DNA of 64,000 bases, from NCBI RefSeq assembly GCF_009914755.1, contig NC_060928.1; one strand, written 5' to 3'. Each line of letters begins with the position of its first letter. Position 1 is the stretch's first letter. The stretch comes from the human T2T-CHM13v2.0 reference genome, Homo sapiens. Both the position numbers and the translations under genes were made by a program. Below are positions 30,021 to 45,775 of the stretch, in pieces. The notes beneath the pieces were generated by a model. It was not told where the DNA came from. It was given only the letters and a program-made list of their open reading frames with translations, and did no database searches.

Positions 30021-30730
30021 CCACTGAACTACCCCAAGAAGGTTACGTGACCTCCCAGAGCTAGAATGTTCCAGAAATGGTGCAAGAATTCTATTACTGG
30101 ACTCCTGGCCCTCTACTCTACCCACAGTTCCAAACCCTCAGCCAAGATTCCTGAGATATTATACCACTAGACAGGAATATCAGTAAGTTCTATTAACTTT
30201 AATGTGCTTATCAAAAAGATTTTTTTTCTATCACGGTGGCTTTTTTTACCCTATAAGACAGAATCTTTTTTCCAACATATTTTCAATTTTACATTTCCAG
30301 TATAGCATTAATACATTTGTCATTTATTAAATAATGGCAAACCATAGCATCATAAAGTATTAAGACTGAAGGGCTACTAACCTACCTATTCATTTTAAAG
30401 ATGAGGAAACAAATGCCAGAGACAGTAATAACTTGTCAGGAGTTTCCAGAATTCAATTCTCCTTTTTTAGATTAATAAATTAGACCAGATTTCTTCCCCA
30501 TGGTTACTGTCTGAGGAGATTAACTAATATGCGATACATGATGTCTTGGGTTCTTTCATGTTTAATTCAGTTTGTTGTGATTTCTAAAAATGTATCTCTT
30601 TAAAACAATTGCTGCTGTGCAACAGTGTGATGGCAAGGGAACAGAAAACAACAAAAAAACTTGATTGAATACTTCAATCAAAGTGCTTCTTTTTTATGTG
30701 AGGATAAATCATACTGAATTAAGGGGAAAT

Positions 30731-30878
30731 TTAAGAATATTTTTTAAGAAATAACAATTTCAGGTAGGCAATTGTGAGGAAAATAACAATCATACAAGCC
30801 AAGGCCACGTGATTCTTCCACAAGCCCCAGGGTGAGAGATCGATGCCCTGCTTTACCAAATATTCTTCGCCAGTACAT
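30731..30878 (-). CDS. ABCG2: ABCG2 exon 16 coding part (TM6, stop TAA)
   Basis: 148 nt encoding CTGEEYLVKQGIDLSPWGLWKNHVALACMIVIFLTIAYLKLLFLKKYS*. Confidence 0.98.
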
Positions 30879-31720
30879 CTGAAATTAAACAGAAAAAGAA
30901 TATAACTTCATTCCTAGCATCCGTCAAATGTTACTCAGTATATCCACTGTTCCTTAAAGGAGCCTAAAATTGAACCAAGCCTTTAATAATTACCCCTTCA
31001 GATATCATAGCTAACAGTCATTGTGTGTTTACAATTTTGCTAGACACTAACAAACAACATGGACCTAACTTAGTTAATTCCTAAAACAATCCAATGTGAT
31101 AGACATTGTACACACTTAAAAGATGAGGGGACTAACGTTTAAGGAACTTGACCAGGTTTACAGAGTCATACTTTGAATCACCAAGTTTTTAGCCTACTCA
31201 AATTTATTGGTTTCCAAATCTGTAATGCTGCTCTCTCCAAAGGGCAGAAATATTTATCAAGTAATAGTTCCCTTATCCCTGATAAAGAAAATATCTGCTT
31301 AAACAGATGACACCTGTGACCCTTACTAAGATGATCAAAGCTCTTACAGTACTCTTTACGCTTACAAATAGCCATAAAAAACAACACAGGTTAAGAATTC
31401 CAAAACCAGGAAAAGAGGTGTGCATGGGTTTCCTGCCAAAGTCATGTTCTGTCAGCTCTTGCACCAAGACTGTGAGGAGCATCACAGATACTCAGGTACA
31501 AGACATTCCCAGCAGACTCAGCTATCAGGTTTAAGCCTTAAGTGGCAGCTAGAGTAGAGTAGGATGAACTCCTTGCCACAGGTTAGGAAATCATCTTGTA
31601 CTAAAAAGACCTTGGACAGCCACAGTTACTGCCTGATACCATTTTTGTGCAACTCTTGGGAATTCAGCAATTCCAAAAACATACATAGCCTCTCTTTTAC
31701 TATAAGAATAGCTTCCTCCT

Positions 31721-32057
<337 letters not shown>

Positions 32058-33072
32058 TCATCTTCCGTTACCATGAAGCCCATGGTGGTTCCTCCTTATC
32101 TGGTCCCATTTTTCCCATCCACTTCATCCTGACCACCCTGATCAAGCCAAAAGAGAGGGACAGAATAAAGAAAACCTCTCTGTACAGAGGATTTCCTGTG
32201 GACAATTCAAAAGAGTAATTTGTCCTGTTATTCAGAATTATTTATATTCTACTTGAACATTCAGGAGATTGAGGATAATATCAACATTCTCTTTTCTCTC
32301 ATTAATTTATGTATCAAAATCAAACCATTAGCAATCATAGAAAAGGCACGTGTTACTAAATTCTTAAAACAATATTATCCAGTGTTATTAGAATCTGTTT
32401 TAACATTATGTGAAAACGGGGTTTTTTTCTCAATTTATTCAAGTGTTTCTTGTTTTTTTAGAGGATAAATCGATTGATAGGGAGTATTCCAAGTTAATTT
32501 AAAAACAACAACACATGACTATGCGGCCTTTGATTTCATGATGTCTTCCAAATGCATGAGGCAGTGGAAGTGCCAGGATCTTGGCAGGGAAATGTTTACT
32601 TTCTTTGTGCTATTGCTGCCTATTTCATTCTTACTACTGTCCGTGGGTTGGGCTCAGAAGTATCCGTGAGTTCAGGGACCCATAGATTTCATATAATCCA
32701 TACAGTTCAGGAACCATAAGCCCTTGATAAAATATCAAAGCACCTCACTTCAATCTCAAATGCTCTGAAAACCAAGAATTCAAACCCACAATCAAAATAT
32801 CAAAAGGATCTTTTAAAAGGCCCAAAACAATAAGAAACAAACGTAAGAAACATTGCTGCATGTTAAAGACAATTTTTACTGCAGCAGAATACTGAGGGGT
32901 TGTGCCACATGTTCACATGCATTCGCGCACAACTCACTTTATGGATGAGAAAACGTAGGCTCGGAAAAATTCAGTGCCCCTGGAAGGACTCATACAGATC
33001 TAAGCCCAGTAGCCTTTATACATCACACCATGGTAGTAACAAAACCCATTTTGACACTGAACAAAAACTTAC

Positions 33073-33155
33073 GTTGCATAGTTACAAGGATTGTTTCCTG
33101 TTGCATTGAGTCCTGGGCAGAAGTTTTGTCCCAAAAATTCATTATGCTGCAAAGC
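33073..33155 (-). CDS. ABCG2: ABCG2 exon 15 (extracellular loop 3; C592, N596, C603)
   Basis: 83 nt encoding ALQHNEFLGQNFCPGLNATGNNPCNYAT; tag acceptor, gtaagt donor. Confidence 0.98.
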
Positions 33156-34015
33156 CTATAACACAAGTGGGAGCAGGGCAAGGTAAACAGTTTTAAATTT
33201 TAAGAAGTTTCCAAAGAGTTATCACAATCATGCCCTCTGAGTTTAATCTTTATTGTTATTTCTAAAAACATATTCACAGTCTTTGTCTCACCAAACCAAC
33301 TAATGTTATTTTCCCTGGCAATCAAGAAACCTAGGGTTGGGATTTTGGCTTCCAATACAAAAGAAGTAAAGTATTTTGCCAAAGCGGGAGACCTCTGGCT
33401 ATACTACACCATAGCTCCTTCCTCCTTCTCTCCCCAATTTTGTAACTCCATAAACATTCTAATTAAAATGATACAGTGGTGCTCAATGAGTATTGTTAAT
33501 TTACAGTGACAATCTTTCATTCTTGTTTGTTTTCATTAGAACCAGTTGTAATTCTTGGATGTTAGAAGCTTGGTTATACTATATTAAGACACAGATAGTT
33601 TACTTTGGAGTTAATGAGCTTGCAAAAGCCAATATGACTATGCTTATTATATGGTCTTTGCTCTTCTAATTTTCCTTTCATTATAAACATATGTATTCTA
33701 GTGTCCCATCCTCTCATTTACTTCCTTATTGAACTGAAATGCAACAATGTGTTTTTCATCAATTAGCCAATCTTTCTCCTTTACTAGGAGGTATCTCCCC
33801 TAGCCCTTTAAAGGATGACTGAGGAAAATAGCAAATGACTCCCCAGCCTTGTGTTAACCAAGGCTAACAGGAAATTCTCATTCCTTGCTCCTAAAAGGGA
33901 GTTTCTGGATGGGAGACTTTCACAGCTCATGGTCAGGGAAATGAGATGAGGACACTTGATTTCCATTGTTCCTAGCTTGGGAATGCAGTCACAGTGACAG
34001 ACAAGGAAGACATAC

Positions 34016-34105
34016 CGTAAATCCATATCGTGGAATGCTGAAGTACTGAAGCCATGACAGCCAAGATGCAATGGTTGTGAGATTGACCAACAGACCTGAA
34101 AAAAT
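34016..34105 (-). CDS. ABCG2: ABCG2 exon 14
   Basis: 90 nt encoding IFSGLLVNLTTIASWLSWLQYFSIPRYGFT. Confidence 0.98.
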
Positions 34106-35948
34106 CTACAAAAAGCAAATACTAAGAGTCAGGCCTGCTTGAGTAATTTCATGCAGAATTCTAGAGAATACCCTCTTCAAGTCCCTACCACTTTGTAAGT
34201 ATTTCTTTTAAAACCAACTCTTTCTTGAAGTTCTCTCCACTTACTCAAGACACTCACTAAACTCTTCTCCTCTGCATGTGCACATCTCTATATAGCTGAA
34301 GTCATTTACGGTTTTAAAGGAAGAACAAAATATCTAATACATATTAGATATTCCATTTAATCGTAAGATCCTCAATTGTCAAGACTATGTACTCAACTTT
34401 ATTTGTAACTGCAAATAATGGAAGGTCAAGAAGCACTGACTATTCTAATGACACAACCACTATGTGTGCTCACCAATACACCTGGCATTGGAAGAATCTA
34501 TACCAGATAAATCCTGAGCGTCACATGCCCACTGCACCTCACATAAGATTTGTTATTTACAAAGGTTTGCAGTCTATATCCATATGACTTTAGCAAGGAT
34601 ATGAGGTTCTGAATGCAGGCTTAACATAACCCAAAGTCTAGAACTGATACAGAGTATAATGTAGTGAGAGGTAGAGCATAAGCAGGATCAGTGCTATCAT
34701 TTAAAGCTGCCAAAAAGCAATAGCGCAATGGAGATGCCAGGAAGACCTGCTGAAGATTGACAAGAGAACTAATTGCCACCACAAGCATACTGGTATATGC
34801 ATAACAATGATGATGTTGCTGGTATGACAATATATATTCAGACTTGACCTGACCAAGTGCTTAGCATATAACACAGCATCTCTGAGTAAAATACAGTTTT
34901 ATGACTAGTTTTTAATGTTCTGTGTAGAAATCTTTAAATAATAATAAATCAAACAAAACATTTGTATTTGCTGGATGACAGTATGGGAAATATAAACAAG
35001 CCTATCACTTCCTCATTAATGTTTGCATTGGTAGTTTTCAAATCCAGAAATGGAAGAATTAAACTATGGCAAGAGTTTGTGCTAATTATTTTTATTTAAA
35101 GGCATCTACTCCTACTCTAGCAGACAGGACATGTTCCTGTCAAGTATGATGTTGAAGGGGAAAAAAATGTAACTGGTTTCATTCACCTGTTGATTCCTCT
35201 ATGTGCAAAATTTAGGGGCATGTAAGATTAGGATTAAGTAACCATTAAAAAAAAAAAGATAAGCAGAAACATATTGAATGTCAGGAACGAAACCCAGAAA
35301 GGAGGTACTTAGTAGTGTGTGAACTCTGCAATTTTCCAATATTTTTAAAACACTCTTTTTCAAAATACGAGAGGGAACCAAAATAGACTACTCAAACCAT
35401 ACTCTGTTCTGCTTCTTATGAGGCTTAATATGTGTCTTGGAAAACAGTATTATAAATCCAACCAAACTATCTCTGCTGGTGGGTAAACAAGCTAGCAGTT
35501 CAATGCTGTATGTGGGAACTTTAAAACATAAATTAAAAATGTTAAAAAAAAAATAAACTAGCAGTTCTCTAATGCCAGCATGAAAGTCGGGCAAATAATC
35601 TGTAATTCTCAAGAGAATCTGCCGATCAAATGTCTTCTGATTTTTGAAATTCCAATTTATTAAGGTTTCATAATAGGTCACAAAGAAACGCCTTTTAAAA
35701 GCTCATTAGTAACAATATTAACTAAAATTATTGGAACTTCATTAGAACAGTAGCAAAAAAGGTTGGATAAGGGCAAAGAGGAAAGTTAGTATATTCTCTA
35801 ACATAATCTATTCCAGTAGATGGCCTTAAGTAAAGCAGAGCCCCATTTACAGAATCCTCAAAACAGGTTTTACATGACAAGTGAATGTGCAGGAAGAAAT
35901 GAAGGAAAAAAACAATTCCTTATCAGAGCAAACACAGTTCAGACTCAC

Positions 35949-36103
35949 CATCATAAACACAAAACAGATGGTCATGAGAAGTGTTGCTACAGAAACCACA
36001 CTCTGACCTGCTGCTATGGCCAGTGCCATGGAACTGGCTGAATAAGCCACCATCATAAGGGTAAACATCATAACGAAGAAGGCATCTGCCTTTGGCTTCA
36101 ATC
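35949..36103 (-). CDS. ABCG2: ABCG2 exon 13 (TM4-TM5)
   Basis: 155 nt encoding GLKPKADAFFVMMFTLMMVAYSASSMALAIAAGQSVVSVATLLMTICFVFMM; gtgagt donor. Confidence 0.98.
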
Positions 36104-37141
36104 CTTAGTCAGAAAGAGAAGAAGTAGTTAACCCAACTGCCTAGGTCACCGTATGTTTGGGATTGCTTATTGTGCAAATTTAACACTAATATTTTGAGAA
36201 ACTAATATTAGAATGAAAAAAAGTCATCCACTCTCCAACCACCCTCGGTCTCCAATGTTGTGTCTGTCCATGTAACTGCATAAAGTTCTCTTATAACACT
36301 TATGTGCCATTATGTATAATTACAGACAATTTCTGAGTTCCTGAGATGAAGAGCTACAGGCAGTACAACTAACCAAAATTCAACTGCCTTCTCTTTTCAC
36401 AGGAAACTCATCAATAGCACATTCATTTGCCCATACATCCTCACATTACTCATTGTGTGCTGTAACTTTGTGAGTGAAGGGACTGGGACGATCGGGATGC
36501 CATGACCTCACAGTGGTTGTAGTATCTGGGGGAGGGGGAGGGGGCCTCCATAACCCAAGCCTCCCCAGACAGATCACCACATCACTCTGGATTGAAATGA
36601 GACTAAATTACGTTTCATAAACTGCTTTCTAAACTGTAGTGAGCTAATACTACAGGTAATACAATCTGAAGATTTGAAACAGCCACAAGAACAACAATCA
36701 GGAGTCTGGAGATCTAGATCCTAACCCTGATTGTTTAGGACACACCTATTATTTGTCAAATGGAAGGTTTAAACTCAATCGGTAGTTCTTATCTTGTAGT
36801 GTCAAAATAGATATTTCCGGGGGTTTTGTGTGTGTGCATGTGTTTATCAGTGAAATATATGGAAATCAGATGCAAGGAGCCTGGAGTGAAGCCTGAGCAT
36901 AATGCACAAATGAGTCTCCACATCTACCAAACAAGTATTTTTTTTTTAATTAACAAGCTCCAAAAGGCACCGTCTTTCTCTCATTAAAGAAGCAGGGATG
37001 GGTAATATATATTAAATAAATACATATATATATATTTAATCATTTTATGTATCTCTAAGAGATTAAATATGTTTAATCATTCTATATATCTCTAAGTGTG
37101 TGTATGTATATATATATACATATATAGAGAGAGACAGGGAG

Positions 37142-37142
<1 letters not shown>

Positions 37143-37194
<52 letters not shown>
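37143..37194. repeat. (GATA)13 tetranucleotide microsatellite
   Basis: 13 perfect units counted, then GACA GATA. Confidence 0.97.
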
Positions 37195-37196
<2 letters not shown>

Positions 37197-37336
37197 CAGA
37201 TAGAAAACATAGATAGGCTATAAATATCCCAGCTTCTCCAGCATAGTCTCAAAGTTTTATAAATTCTTTCCATGTTTGTGTATAACACAAGCATCTCTCA
37301 GTAAAGTGTAGTTTTATAAGTGGTTTTAAAAGTTCA

Positions 37337-37632
37337 GGCTGGGCACATCCGCTCATTCCTATAATCCCAGCACTTTGGGAGGCTGAGGTAGGAGGACTAC
37401 TTGAGGCCAGGAGTATAAGACCAGCATGGGCAACACAGTGAGACCCAATCTTTACCAAAAACTCCATCTTTCTGTGTGCCGGTAGTCCTAGCTACCCAGA
37501 GGCTGAGGTAGGAGGATCACTGGAGCCCAGGAGGTTGAGGCTGCAGTGAGATATGATCACCACTGCACTCCAGCCTGGGTGACAGAGCAAGACCCTGTCT
37601 CAAAAAAGCGAAACAAAGCAAACAAACAAAAA
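37337..37632 (+). mobile_element. AluJ
   Basis: Diverged dimer; TSD aaaagttcag. Confidence 0.92.
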
Positions 37633-37831
37633 AGTTCAGTTGGGAAACAGTCTTGACAAAAATAGCTGACAGTGAACAACTGTTTCAGAGAGTGCAAAAT
37701 GGACAGGTGTTTCCTTATCTCATGGTTTGGTTTATAGTTTTGAGAACCAAAAATATGCTTGCAAGGTGCAACTGACTTCACCCATAGGCAAGACTAAAGA
37801 CATGTCCTTTTTTGTTTTGTTACATACTTAC

Positions 37832-37956
37832 CTAACATGAAGTACACTATACAGGTAAATATAATACTTGGTAACATCCTCATGGGTAATAAATCAGATA
37901 ACAGTTTTCCAAGGAAATAAGATGACACTCTGTAGTATCCGCTGATGTATTCATGT
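37832..37956 (-). CDS. ABCG2: ABCG2 exon 12 (TM3, R482 = AGG at 37878-37880)
   Basis: 125 nt encoding HEYISGYYRVSSYFLGKLLSDLLPMRMLPSIIFTCIVYFMLG. Confidence 0.98.
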
Positions 37957-38597
37957 CTATAGAACAAAAATACGTATCATACATCCAAGATTAGTTTAAG
38001 AAGCCACAGGGCAGGCTAGACTTGTCTGTTACAGACCTCTGCTGACAGCAGGGGTTGAACAAGCCAGCTTCCCACATCCTCAGGGCTAGACCCACTATGC
38101 ATGCCCATGAATACCTTGGGTGCCAGCCTCCCTGAGAAAGCATCCCATGAAGCTCTGCGCACAGCCCCTCTTCTCATGACACTGTTCCCTCCTATTGCTG
38201 CTCTTTCTAGCTCCTGAACACTCAGTCCAGGGAAACAGATTCCACACATCCTCCCTCTCTTCAAAGAATGCTTCTTTTCCTTCTTTGACGGGGGCTTTCC
38301 TTGAAGAACAGCACTTCAGTAGCCGATTTTGGCAGGAATAGAAGCTTTTCTTTTTCCCTATTTCTGATGAGGAAGGTGGCCTGTTATTCTCCAAGCCCCC
38401 TAGTGCAGCTTCAGATGACTAAGCTCTTCTTACTTCTTCTACTCCCAAGTTAAAAAAAGAAAAAGACTTCTTCTTTCAATGATCATGTCTTCCAGCCATA
38501 CATCCCTGTCAACTACCAAATTGTAATCTTTCCTCTTCCTGACATCTTTCTCCCACAATTCCAAACTCTTCCACTTCCTTCATTATTTCCCTTTCTA

Positions 38598-39180
<583 letters not shown>

Positions 39181-39199
39181 AGGAAAATACAATAAATTA

Positions 39200-39525
39200 A
39201 ACCAGGCTGCTCTTTACTGTAAGAATGCCTTCCGGCTCGTGCCACTTCCCTGGTCCACCGAGGGCTAAGCATGGTCACGTTCTTTGTCGACTTAATCTCC
39301 CCACTTCCAAGTTGCTGCTTAATCTCTACCAAGCCCCTCAAACTTTTCTTGTGAAGGTCATCAGTATTTACTAAAAACAAAATATACTTTTCAGTCCCTT
39401 TATTGCTTGCTCTCTCCAACATTTGGATTTTCTGACTGTACTCAAATCTAGAAAAACTCTTTTCTCTGGATATCAGGTCCCAAAGGCTCAGGATTTTCTT
39501 CCCTACCTCTGGCTGCTTTTTCTCA
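39200..39525 (+). mobile_element. L2 reverse-transcriptase-region remnant
   Basis: cttgtgaaggtcatcagt...ctctccaacatttgga...ttcttccctacctct resembles the L2 KVTNDL...AAFD...FSSYL coding region. Confidence 0.55.
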
Positions 39526-39736
39526 ATGAATATTGGTAACCCCTATACATATTTTCAAAACATCATGTTGTATATGATCAATATATACAATTTTTATTCA
39601 TCAATTTAAAAATAAATTTTAAAAAGTACTGGTAATCCTCCGGATCCCATCCTTGGCCCCAACCCCAGATGTAATCAGTCTAACCAATAGCCCCTGCTGC
39701 TGGACAGCCCCGTTCCTAGAACAAAGACCTACTCAC

Positions 39737-39826
39737 ATGAAGAGCTTCTTCTCTACCACAAAGAGTTCCACGGCTGAAACACTGCTGAAACACTGGTTGG
39801 TCGTCAGGAAGAAGAGAACCCCAGCT
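39737..39826 (-). CDS. ABCG2: ABCG2 exon 11 (TM2; T435, N436, F439)
   Basis: 90 nt encoding AGVLFFLTTNQCFSSVSAVELFVVEKKLFI. Confidence 0.98.
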
Positions 39827-40047
39827 CTGCCATGAAAAGGGGAACCAAATCACCGCAGTCAACTCAGCATTCTTAGACAGATTTTCTACCCACAAAACTC
39901 TTTCCACAAATGACAGTGTATAAAGTTAAGCAGGAAAAAAAGGGAAACTGTTCTGGTTGGAACAGGGAAGCGTGAACCCCATCAAGCCTCTCCCCATCTC
40001 TTATGTCTCCACAGTGGTACTCATTTTGAAACTCACAGTCTTGGATT

Positions 40048-40412
40048 GTTGTGGAATGAATTGCGTCTCCCCCCACCAAAATTCATATGTTGAAGCCCCA
40101 ACCCCCAATGTGATGGTATTTGAAGATGGGCCCTTTGGAAGGTAATTAGGTTCAGATGAGGTTACAGGATAGGGAGGTGGGGAGAGTGTAATGGGAAGAG
40201 CGTCCTAATAGGAAGAGACACCAGAGCTCTTGCTCTGCCACACAAGGAACAGCAAGGAGGCAAGTCTGCAAGCCAGGTAGAGGGCCCTCACCAGAACCCA
40301 GCAATGCTGGCATCCTGATCTCAGACTTTCAGACTAGAACTGAGAGAAAATACATTTCTGTTGTTTAAGCCACTTGCTCTATGGTATTTTGGTATGGCAG
40401 CCAGGCCAATAC
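40048..40412 (+). mobile_element. MLT1A-like MaLR solo LTR
   Basis: aaaattcatatgttgaagcc...atttctgttgtttaagccac...tatggcagcc...aataca. Confidence 0.85.
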
Positions 40413-40822
40413 ATAATTTTAACTAACAAAAATGCCAAGTACCATTCCTAATGTACAAACAGAAAAGTGGTAAGCTAAATAAAGTCTGTAAAGATTAAGA
40501 AATTCAATTAGCCACTTTGATTTTAAAGTTGAACAAAGAATGTAAGTCATGTGGAAGCAAAATGAAAGACAGTGAAGGGAACCTTCAATCAACCCCTTAT
40601 TATATGCATAATCTACATGCACCACACTACCATCAGCAGGGCCGTGACATTATCCTTGACCACGCTAAGACAGCCAGCCCTCTATGAGGTTTCCAGAGTG
40701 CTCAGAGGAAACCAAGTGACACTTACTGATAAAGAAAAATCTAATTTGTGTATCGTAATGAAAAGGAACACTATTAGTGCTTGTTTCTCAGTGAAGTAAC
40801 TAGATTTAAAAAGGAAAATGTT

Positions 40823-41156
<334 letters not shown>

Positions 41157-41412
41157 CTACACTTTGATACAAATATGCATTTTATGAAAGCATGCCAACA
41201 TCCCTGAAACACCATAACAAAACAATATAATTGACAGTAAGGGTGTGAGTTGAAACTGAAAAAGAGGTAAGTGACACATCATTTAAATGGCGTAAAAACA
41301 AGAGAACATTTTAAAAAATGCAAACCCAAGTGAACAACACAATTACATTAAAAGAAAAAAAAGAGTCCATAGATACCTAAAGAACAAAGATCTAAGGGAA
41401 CAGGCTAGGGTC

Positions 41413-41586
41413 TTTTTTGTTTTATTTTATTTTTAGAGACAGAGCTGCCCTCGGTCACCCAGGCTAGAGTATAGTGGCATGATCATAAACTCACTGCAAC
41501 TGAGTTGAACTCCTGGCCTCAAGCAATCCTCCCAGCTTGGCCTCCCAAAGTGCTGCAGTTACAAATGTAAGCCACAGTGCCCAGCC
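41413..41586 (-). mobile_element. Alu monomer (FAM/FRAM-like)
   Basis: Reverse monomeric Alu. Confidence 0.85.
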
Positions 41587-41934
41587 AGAGCAGTTTTAAA
41601 AGTATGTACATATAATTAAAATGAGTGAAAAATAGCCAGGCCTGGTAGACATGCAGTTATCTCACTTTCTGTACACAAATAAACCTAATATCAAGTAAAA
41701 AGCTAATTTCAGAACATGGAACATAGCAAAGATTCAATTCAATTTGTTGTCTTAAATCTATCAGTACAGTAATGTCCATAATGATTCTGAAAAAGTAGAC
41801 AATGGAAACGTTCCTTCTAAATACTAAGATGATTTATTTTAAACACAGTTTTTTCTTATTAAGGAAGTTAATTCATTCTAATTCTTTCAAGGTGGTAATC
41901 CACATCTGTTATATCTACTTATTGGTCTGAATAT

Positions 41935-42590
41935 TTTTTATTTTGATTTTTTAAATTATAAATTGGCATATTATGGTTGTATATATTTGTGGGGTACCAA
42001 GTTATATAATTCATGAATCATAAGTGTGAAATAATTAAATCAAGCTAATTAACACATCCATCGCCTCAAACATTTATTTTTTGTGGTAAAAGTATCTTAA
42101 ATTTTAGCAATTCTGAAATTTACATTATTATTTACTGTGTTCACCACATTGTGCAATGTATCTCCAAAGAAAAATCCTTATTCCTCCTGTGTAACTGAGG
42201 TTTTGTACCCTTTGACCATCATCTCTCCATTCCCCACACACCTCTAGCCTCTGGCAACCACCATTCTACTGTCTCTTTCAGTTCCATTGTTTCAGATTCC
42301 ACATTAAGTGAGATTATGTGACATTTCTGTGCTTAGCTTTCTGCGTTTGGCTTATTTCACTTGGCATAATATTCTCCAATTCCATCCATGTTGTTGCAAA
42401 TGACAAAATTTCTTTTGTTTTTCCACTGTGTATATATACCACATTTTCTTTATCAAATCAGACCCTTCGGGTGATTCCGTATCTTGGCTATTGTGAACAA
42501 TGCTGCAATAAATATGAGGGTGCAGAAATTTCTTCAATAAACTGATTTCACATCTTTGGGGTAAATATCTAGAAGTGAGATGACTGGATC
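41935..42590 (-). mobile_element. L1MA-type 3' end
   Basis: Minus-strand IKKMWYIYTVE peptide and 3' UTR motifs (ctctggcaaccaccattctact). Confidence 0.85.
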
Positions 42591-43009
42591 TGAATACTGT
42601 TTTTAAAGTATACCTTTTCCCTTAATACACACTAATTTGTTTAGCTATCACCACAACTCTGTAAAGCAGTTATTCCAGAGGTAGCTATTAATTCAAAGAT
42701 GCTTATACTCTACATATGATTAAAACCCAGTTTCTCAGTTACACGGGTTAGAGAAAGAGCAGAGAGTGCTTTCCTCTCTCAGAGAATTCATCCCCAAAGA
42801 AGAGAACTAAACCACTGGCCTCGAGCAGTTTTAAATTATGAAGTACTAATATTCACCCCTGAACAAAACTTTGAGAACCTGTTTCCAGAGATGATGCTGA
42901 AACATTTTTTCCTCATCAATAAATCACTAATCATCCCAGGAGGGATTAAATCATATACACAGGCCACTTTAACATAGTCCAAATGCTTATTTAAAAAATG
43001 ATACTGGGG

Positions 43010-43185
43010 TCAACGAGAAGCAGTGGGAGGAAGAACATCAGGAAAAATAGCTAATGCATACTGGGCTTAACACCAAAGTGATGGATTGATAGGTGTAGCA
43101 AACCACCATGGCACACGTTTAACTATGTAGCAAACCTGCACATCCTGCACATGTACCCTAGAGCTTTGGGGAAAAAAAAAAAAGA
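43010..43185 (+). mobile_element. L1PA 3'-terminal fragment
   Basis: gcaaaccaccatggcacacgt...aacctgcacatcctgcacatgtacc followed by an A-tail. Confidence 0.85.
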
Positions 43186-44169
43186 TAGCAAGCTTAAGTC
43201 ACAAATACAAATTATGAGCCCAGGAGTTCAAAGCTGCAGTGAGCTATGACTGCACTACTGCACACCAGCCTGGGCAATATTGTGAGATTCTGTTTCAAAA
43301 ACAAACAAATTAAAATAAGATTAATGCCCTATTTCTCCAGAAAACATCTGAAGAAACACCTAAAGTTCTTCTTTATTTCTCTGGATTTTTCTACCAAGAG
43401 CTTTAATGGCCAGATTTCCAGTCCTCTTCAAAGTTCCAGTTGAGGACCAGGTTACTCCATGTCCTTTCCAAATGCTTCCTGCTGCACAATATAAAAGGCC
43501 CACTGCCTTTAGATCCTGTGATATATTCTGTGCTGGGTTAAGACATGGCATCTACACAGCACACAAACCATCAATTACTAGCAAGTCTGGAAATAATCCA
43601 GATACCTCAGCCCTCAGGGAAAGTAAAAACAACAATGACATCACTCTGGTAAACTGCTGTTTAATAACACTCTCATCGTAGAGTAACACTATCTGATTCC
43701 ATACAAAAGAATTTATTTTACTTGAGTGAGGAACCAACTTTTATGCTTATTCTTTAAAAAATAATCAGCCTTTCCAGACATCAAAATAGGCTGCACATAA
43801 GCGTCTTCAACTTTCCTCAATAGTAAAATGGGGATACTACCATCTACCCCCTCTAAATCACTGGGTGGTAACCTGAGACTATGGACAGCAAGCACTACGG
43901 AGCACAGTATCTGCCACAAGTGTTCTCCATACATGAAATAACCAGAACTCTGAGGGCTGTGAAATTCCTGAGTGCTTATGTTCAGAACACAATACAGTCG
44001 ATAAAAAGTCCCCTCATAAAATGAGGTTTTTAAGGGTCCACTGTGACTGAAACTAGGTAAGGATCACAACACTAACAAAAGTGCTAACCATATAACAGGA
44101 AAAGCTGAGTCCCACCCCCATCACACCCCTAAGTCAAACATATATATTTAAAAAGTGACAGAAATTAGC

Positions 44170-45265
<1,096 letters not shown>

Positions 45266-45267
45266 TG

Positions 45268-45564
<297 letters not shown>

Positions 45565-45692
45565 TCATCCTACCCTCAATAAAAGAATGACATTTACACT
45601 ATACTTGTCTTAAATTCAAATTCTTAATGGATTTCAATAAGCTTGAAGAAAGTAACAGCATTTTCTGAAAATCAAGATCCAAATTTACTTAC

Positions 45693-45775
45693 CTGTTCTG
45701 GATTCCAGTAGAATCATTTTTTAGCCCAAAGTAAATGGCACCTATAACCAGTCCCAGTACGACTGTGACAATGAT
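45693..45775 (-). CDS. ABCG2: ABCG2 exon 10 (TM1)
   Basis: 83 nt encoding IIVTVVLGLVIGAIYFGLKNDSTGIQNR; aag acceptor, gtaagt donor. Confidence 0.98.

Larger units (their letters stand above)
28760..30730 (-). other. ABCG2: ABCG2 long 3' UTR (~2 kb) with several poly(A) signals
   Basis: From the stop codon to distal AATAAA (tttatt 28782-28787); further signals at 29472-29477, 30323-30328 and ATTAAA at 30561-30566. Confidence 0.8.

Noticed and set aside
36528-36544. G-quadruplex G5-A-G5-A-G5
   Set aside because: Only three adjacent G-runs; a fourth needs a long loop, and the ABCG2 transcript carries the C-rich strand.
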